Source: Ignavibacteriales bacterium | Lineage (GTDB): Bacteria; Bacteroidota; Ignavibacteria; UBA10030; UBA6906 | Assembly: GCA_037441705.1 (NCBI GenBank) | Contig: JBBIRR010000048.1 | Location: 1 to 28,376, forward strand | DNA: 28,376 nt | Direction of reading: 5' to 3' | Shown here: piece by piece, positions 25,000 through 28,376 of the stretch | How the letters are laid out: each line of letters begins with the position of its first letter | How positions within the stretch are numbered: position 1 is the first letter of the stretch | The notes under the pieces: generated by a model | Databases searched by the model: none | What the model was told of the DNA's origin: nothing | The model's input: only the letters and a program-made list of their open reading frames with translations | Made by a program: the position numbers and the translations under genes

Positions 25000-26223
25000 A
25001 TGAAAAAGAACATGGTGTATCTCGTAATCGCTCTTGTCGCGAGTACCGTTCTCGCGGCCTGCGATGATCTGTTGACGAAGGCGCCGGATCCGTCGCAATC
25101 CTTCGATGCGCCCCTCGACGGATTGACGAACGAACAGCGCGCGATCTTCGCGCGCGGCGATGAGGCGTTCGGCGAAGTGTTCACATTTCGAACGGGACTC
25201 GGTCCGCTGTTCAATCAGGCGTCCTGCGAACGATGCCACGTTGCCGACGGTCGCGGGCATCCGCGCACGAACCTGAAACGCTTCGGACGCAACCTCGGCA
25301 ACGCACAGTTCGATCCGATGCGTGAGTTTGGCGGACCGCAACTTCAAGAACGCAGTATGCCCGGCTATCCGGCAGAGACCATCCCTGCGCACGCCAACGC
25401 CATCTCCGAGCGGGGCGGACCGCTCGTTGTCGGGCTGGGACTTATCGAGGCGATCCCCGACCTGACGATTCTGAGTCACGCCGATCCGAACGACGCCGAC
25501 GGTGATGGGATTTCGGGCAGGCCTAACTTTGTTGATGCGCCCGAGTTCCTCGCTTTTCCGCCGGGACCGTACAACGGCAAGTATCTCGGACGATTCGGCC
25601 GCAAAGCGGGAGCCATCAACCTTCTCCAACAAACGGCAACCGCGTATCATCAGGACATCGGCATTACGTCGGATTTCCTTCCCGAAGAAAACCACAATCC
25701 GCTCGTCGGTGGGACGGGCGGCGATCCCGTTCCCGATCCTGAAATCCCGGCAGCAACGGTTCACGACGTCGTCTTCTATCTTCAAACACTCCGACCGCCT
25801 TTGCGACGGCATGCCGACAATCCGGTCGTGCAGCGCGGTGAGCAGCTCTTCCGTACCATCAAGTGCGCGTCGTGTCATGTGCCCGCAATGCAAACGGGAA
25901 CGCATCCGATCGCGGCGCTCAGTAACAAAACTGCATATCTTTATTCCGATCTGCTCCTGCATGACATGGGACCCGATCTCGCGGACAACTTCATCGAAGG
26001 CGAAGCAACCGGCACGGAATGGCGGACGACACCGCTGTGGGGACTTGGAATTGTGGAGAACGTCTTAGGCGGAACGCCGTTCTATCTCCACGACGGAAGA
26101 ACATCCGACCTGCGCGTTGTGATTGATCTGCACAAAGGCGAAGCGGACGCCTCACGCCGCGCGTTTCAGGAACTTTCGCCGCAAGACCAGGAGGCTTTGA
26201 TCGCATTTCTCAAATCGTTGTAA
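25000..26223 (+). CDS. Di-haem oxidoreductase (DHOR/DUF1111-family) lipoprotein, putative peroxidase
   Basis: RBS AGGAGG 24986-24991; lipobox LAAC; GLGPLFNQASCERCH and CASCH haem motifs; DPNDADGDGISGR; YSDLLLHDMG; WRTTPLWG; YLHDGR. Confidence 0.9.
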   Translation: MKKNMVYLVIALVASTVLAACDDLLTKAPDPSQSFDAPLDGLTNEQRAIFARGDEAFGEVFTFRTGLGPLFNQASCERCHVADGRGHPRTNLKRFGRNLGNAQFDPMREFGGPQLQERSMPGYPAETIPAHANAISERGGPLVVGLGLIEAIPDLTILSHADPNDADGDGISGRPNFVDAPEFLAFPPGPYNGKYLGRFGRKAGAINLLQQTATAYHQDIGITSDFLPEENHNPLVGGTGGDPVPDPEIPAATVHDVVFYLQTLRPPLRRHADNPVVQRGEQLFRTIKCASCHVPAMQTGTHPIAALSNKTAYLYSDLLLHDMGPDLADNFIEGEATGTEWRTTPLWGLGIVENVLGGTPFYLHDGRTSDLRVVIDLHKGEADASRRAFQELSPQDQEALIAFLKSL

Positions 26224-26312
26224 CATAGCCACGCGAAAGATTCTCAACCGCGCAGGCACGCGAATGAACTGAACGAATGAACGTTCATGCGCACCAGCTT
26301 GCGGTCAAGAAA

Positions 26313-26744
26313 ATGAACCGAAAACAATTCCTGAAAACAGTCGCAGCCACAGCCGTTGGAGCCCCGCTGCTCGGCCTGCTCAAAGCATGCGCGCCGTCGG
26401 CTCTGATCGTCTACGCACGACTCCAAGAGGACAGGGCGCTGCTTCCCGCGTCGTCTCTGGGCGACCTCTCTGTTGCGGGGAGCTACGTGAAAGCATACGT
26501 TCACGGCCACGCCAATCCTCTTCTTCTTTTTCAGAGAGAAGATGGAGAGCTGACTGCCGTGTTGAGCACCTGTTCGCACTCGGGGTGTGAGGTAAAGAAG
26601 CTGCGGACGAAGTTCGAGTGTCCGTGTCACGGATCGGAATACGACCTGCGAGGAAACGTGCTGCGCGGCCCGGCGCCCGAGCCGCTCCAAACGTTTCGTG
26701 TTCTCCGATCCGGAGAATTCGTTGAGGTACTTTTGCGAGGATGA
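26313..26744 (+). CDS. Exported Rieske [2Fe-2S] domain protein
   Basis: CSHSGC and CPCHGSEY Rieske motifs, GPAPEPL; Tat-like N-terminus MNRKQFLK from ATG 26313 (track start 26277). Confidence 0.9.
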   Translation: MNRKQFLKTVAATAVGAPLLGLLKACAPSALIVYARLQEDRALLPASSLGDLSVAGSYVKAYVHGHANPLLLFQREDGELTAVLSTCSHSGCEVKKLRTKFECPCHGSEYDLRGNVLRGPAPEPLQTFRVLRSGEFVEVLLRG

Positions 26745-27925
26745 GTATGAGAAGAATCGGTGTATGGTTGATGATGACGATCTGCAGCGCAGCGGCCGGT
26801 GCCCAGGTGTACGAATCTCCGCAGGACACAACACAACCGCCGCCTTTTGTGAAAGGCGGGATATACGATCGTCCGTACCTGTTTCGACCTTCGTCGCGGC
26901 TTGCCATCGGAGGCTATGCCGAGATGATGATGCGCTCGGAGTGGGCAGAGGGCGTGCATGAGAACCTCTCGTTCGAGGCGCGGCGCTTCAACATCTTCAT
27001 CTTCTCATCCATCTCGCCGTATATCAAGCTCACATCGGAGTTGGAGTTCGAACACGGAACCGAGGAGATCAAAATCGAGACGGCACTCCTCGACCTTCAG
27101 CTGCTGGATGAGCTGACCCTGCGCGGCGGCATACTGCTGTCGCCGCTCGGCAAGTTCAATCTCGTGCACGACGGTCCGCGCAACGAGTTTACCGATCGTC
27201 CGCTTGTTTCGACGCGCATCATTCCGGCCACGCTCTCCGAGGTAGGCTTCGGCGGCTACGGTGTGTTCACGCTGCACGACGATCACCGGCTCACATACGA
27301 GGCGTATCTCGTCAACGGATTGAACGACGACATTATTCTCAACGGCGACGGCACATCCATGCCCGAAGGTAGGCCGAGAGCATTCGAGGAGGACAACAAC
27401 GGCAGTCCCGCGTTTGTCGGGCGACTTGCGTGGCAAGCCGAATTCGGTTTCGAACTTGGGGCATCCGTGCACACGGGCGTGTACAACACGTTCAAGAAGG
27501 AAGGACTTGTGGTGGATGACAGGCGGCGGCTTACCATCGTTGCTCTCGACGGAGAGTTCCGCTGCGATCGGTTGTTGCTGCAGGGAGAGTTTGCGCATGC
27601 AAGTATTGAGATACCGCCGTCACTCATCGGCCTGTTTGCGGAGCTGCAGCAAGGCTTCTATGCTCAGGCAGTGTACGACGTGCTGCAAGGTTTTCTGCCG
27701 ATGTTTCCGCAGTCCACGCTTGCCGCCGGTGCGCGCTATGAGGTTGTGGACTTCGATGCGCGAGTCCGCGGCGACCATGTGAGGCGGCTGACCGTGGGCA
27801 CAAACCTCCGGCTCGTCCCCGATACCGTGATCAAGCTCGACTACCAGCACAACTGGATATTCGACAGACTCAACAACGAGACACGCTCGGCAGTCATCCA
27901 GTTCGGCGTGGCGACGTATTTTTAG
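26741..27925 (+). CDS. Outer-membrane porin-like beta-barrel (OprO/P-like)
   Basis: Signal peptide; IGGYAE, SELEFEHG, FNLVHD, IIPATL; C-terminal GVATYF; ATGA overlap with the Rieske stop. Confidence 0.8.
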   Translation: MSMRRIGVWLMMTICSAAAGAQVYESPQDTTQPPPFVKGGIYDRPYLFRPSSRLAIGGYAEMMMRSEWAEGVHENLSFEARRFNIFIFSSISPYIKLTSELEFEHGTEEIKIETALLDLQLLDELTLRGGILLSPLGKFNLVHDGPRNEFTDRPLVSTRIIPATLSEVGFGGYGVFTLHDDHRLTYEAYLVNGLNDDIILNGDGTSMPEGRPRAFEEDNNGSPAFVGRLAWQAEFGFELGASVHTGVYNTFKKEGLVVDDRRRLTIVALDGEFRCDRLLLQGEFAHASIEIPPSLIGLFAELQQGFYAQAVYDVLQGFLPMFPQSTLAAGARYEVVDFDARVRGDHVRRLTVGTNLRLVPDTVIKLDYQHNWIFDRLNNETRSAVIQFGVATYF

Positions 27926-27932
27926 TTCCGAC

Positions 27933-28002
27933 GTTCGAGTTTCGGGGTTTGAGGTTCAAGGTTCAGGCTTCAGGGTTCAGGATGCAAGATGCAGGATGCA
28001 GG
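27933..28002. repeat. Heptamer tandem repeat (GTTCAGG/ATGCAGG-like x10)
   Basis: gttcgag tttcggg gtttgag gttcaag gttcagg cttcagg gttcagg atgcaag atgcagg atgcagg. Confidence 0.85.
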
Positions 28003-28020
28003 ATGACAGTGTTTCCCTCC

Positions 28021-28057
28021 GTCATGCTGAGCGCTGCTTTTCAAGCGCGAAGCATCC
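28021..28057 (+). repeat. CGTC-like REP variant (copy of 3168-3203)
   Basis: GTCATGCTGAGCGCTGCTTTTCAAGCGCGAAGCATCC, preceded by C (CGTC). Confidence 0.85.
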
Positions 28058-28076
28058 AGAGCCGGCGAACATGTTT

Positions 28077-28186
28077 GTAGGGACATGCCTCCGGCATGTC
28101 CTGCTGGAAGTTTGCAAACACCTCGCATCGGCAACGCAATCATTCATCGTTCTTCACATCAGGACACGGCGGAGCCGTGTCCCTAC
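28077..28186. repeat. Inverted pair of GTAG-family REPs (REPIN-like)
   Basis: GTAG-GGACATGCC-TCC-GGCATGTCC-T (28077-28102, +) and GTAG-GGACACGGC-TCC-GCCGTGTCC-T (28186-28161, -). Confidence 0.85.
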
Positions 28187-28200
28187 ACATTTGCGCGGAA

Positions 28201-28376
28201 CACCCTTCGACTCCGTCCCGCCGGAAAGGCGGCGGGACTGCGCTCAGGGTGACGAGGCAGAACCCGTGCCCGCCAAAATCGTCGTGCGGGTGCGATGGGA
28301 AGATTCAATCGAAGGGGTTACGTTTCGGTGAACGTGCACATCGCGTTCGGCCAGCGAGGCCCTCTCCCACCGAAAC
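28201..28376 (-). repeat. Inverted copy of 2993-3168 (REP copy 3 + segment B), truncated by window end
   Basis: About 92% identity by manual alignment. Confidence 0.92.

Noticed and set aside
27996-28331. 111-aa ORF after the porin
   Set aside because: Made entirely of heptamer and REP repeats.
2993-28376. Composite transposon bounded by long terminal inverted repeats
   Set aside because: No transposase, integrase or target-site duplication visible; cargo is ordinary chromosomal genes; both clusters sit at gene 3' ends as REP clusters do.

Overview
Bacterial window of moderately high GC, inferred to come from an FCB-group/Ignavibacteriota-like diderm (STN-TonB receptor, DUF5916, DUF1573, MntH-USP fusion, many lipoproteins). 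All family calls are by motif recognition from memory; no searches were run. Main blocks: (1) a dispersed, minus-strand phenylacetate-type lower pathway (thiolase PaaJ/PcaF, split PaaH, PaaG, PaaF, an Oah/MenB-like crotonase, EthD, and the 5' end of an aldehyde dehydrogenase at the left edge), interrupted by unrelated genes; (2) an ECF sigma / FecR / TonB-dependent receptor signalling module with an extra beta-barrel and two Cys-rich lipoproteins; (3) an orphan pseudo-receiver + KaiA-C-terminal-like (KaiA3-like) gene behind a consensus sigma54 promoter; (4) an MntR-operator-controlled operon mntR-mntH/USP-di-haem oxidoreductase-Rieske-porin, a candidate redox-coupled metal uptake system; (5) two related composite, nested REP/heptamer repeat clusters in inverted orientation at about 2.75-3.55 kb and 27.9-28.4 kb. 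The KaiA-like gene, the Mn/redox operon and the modular repeat clusters are the best leads.
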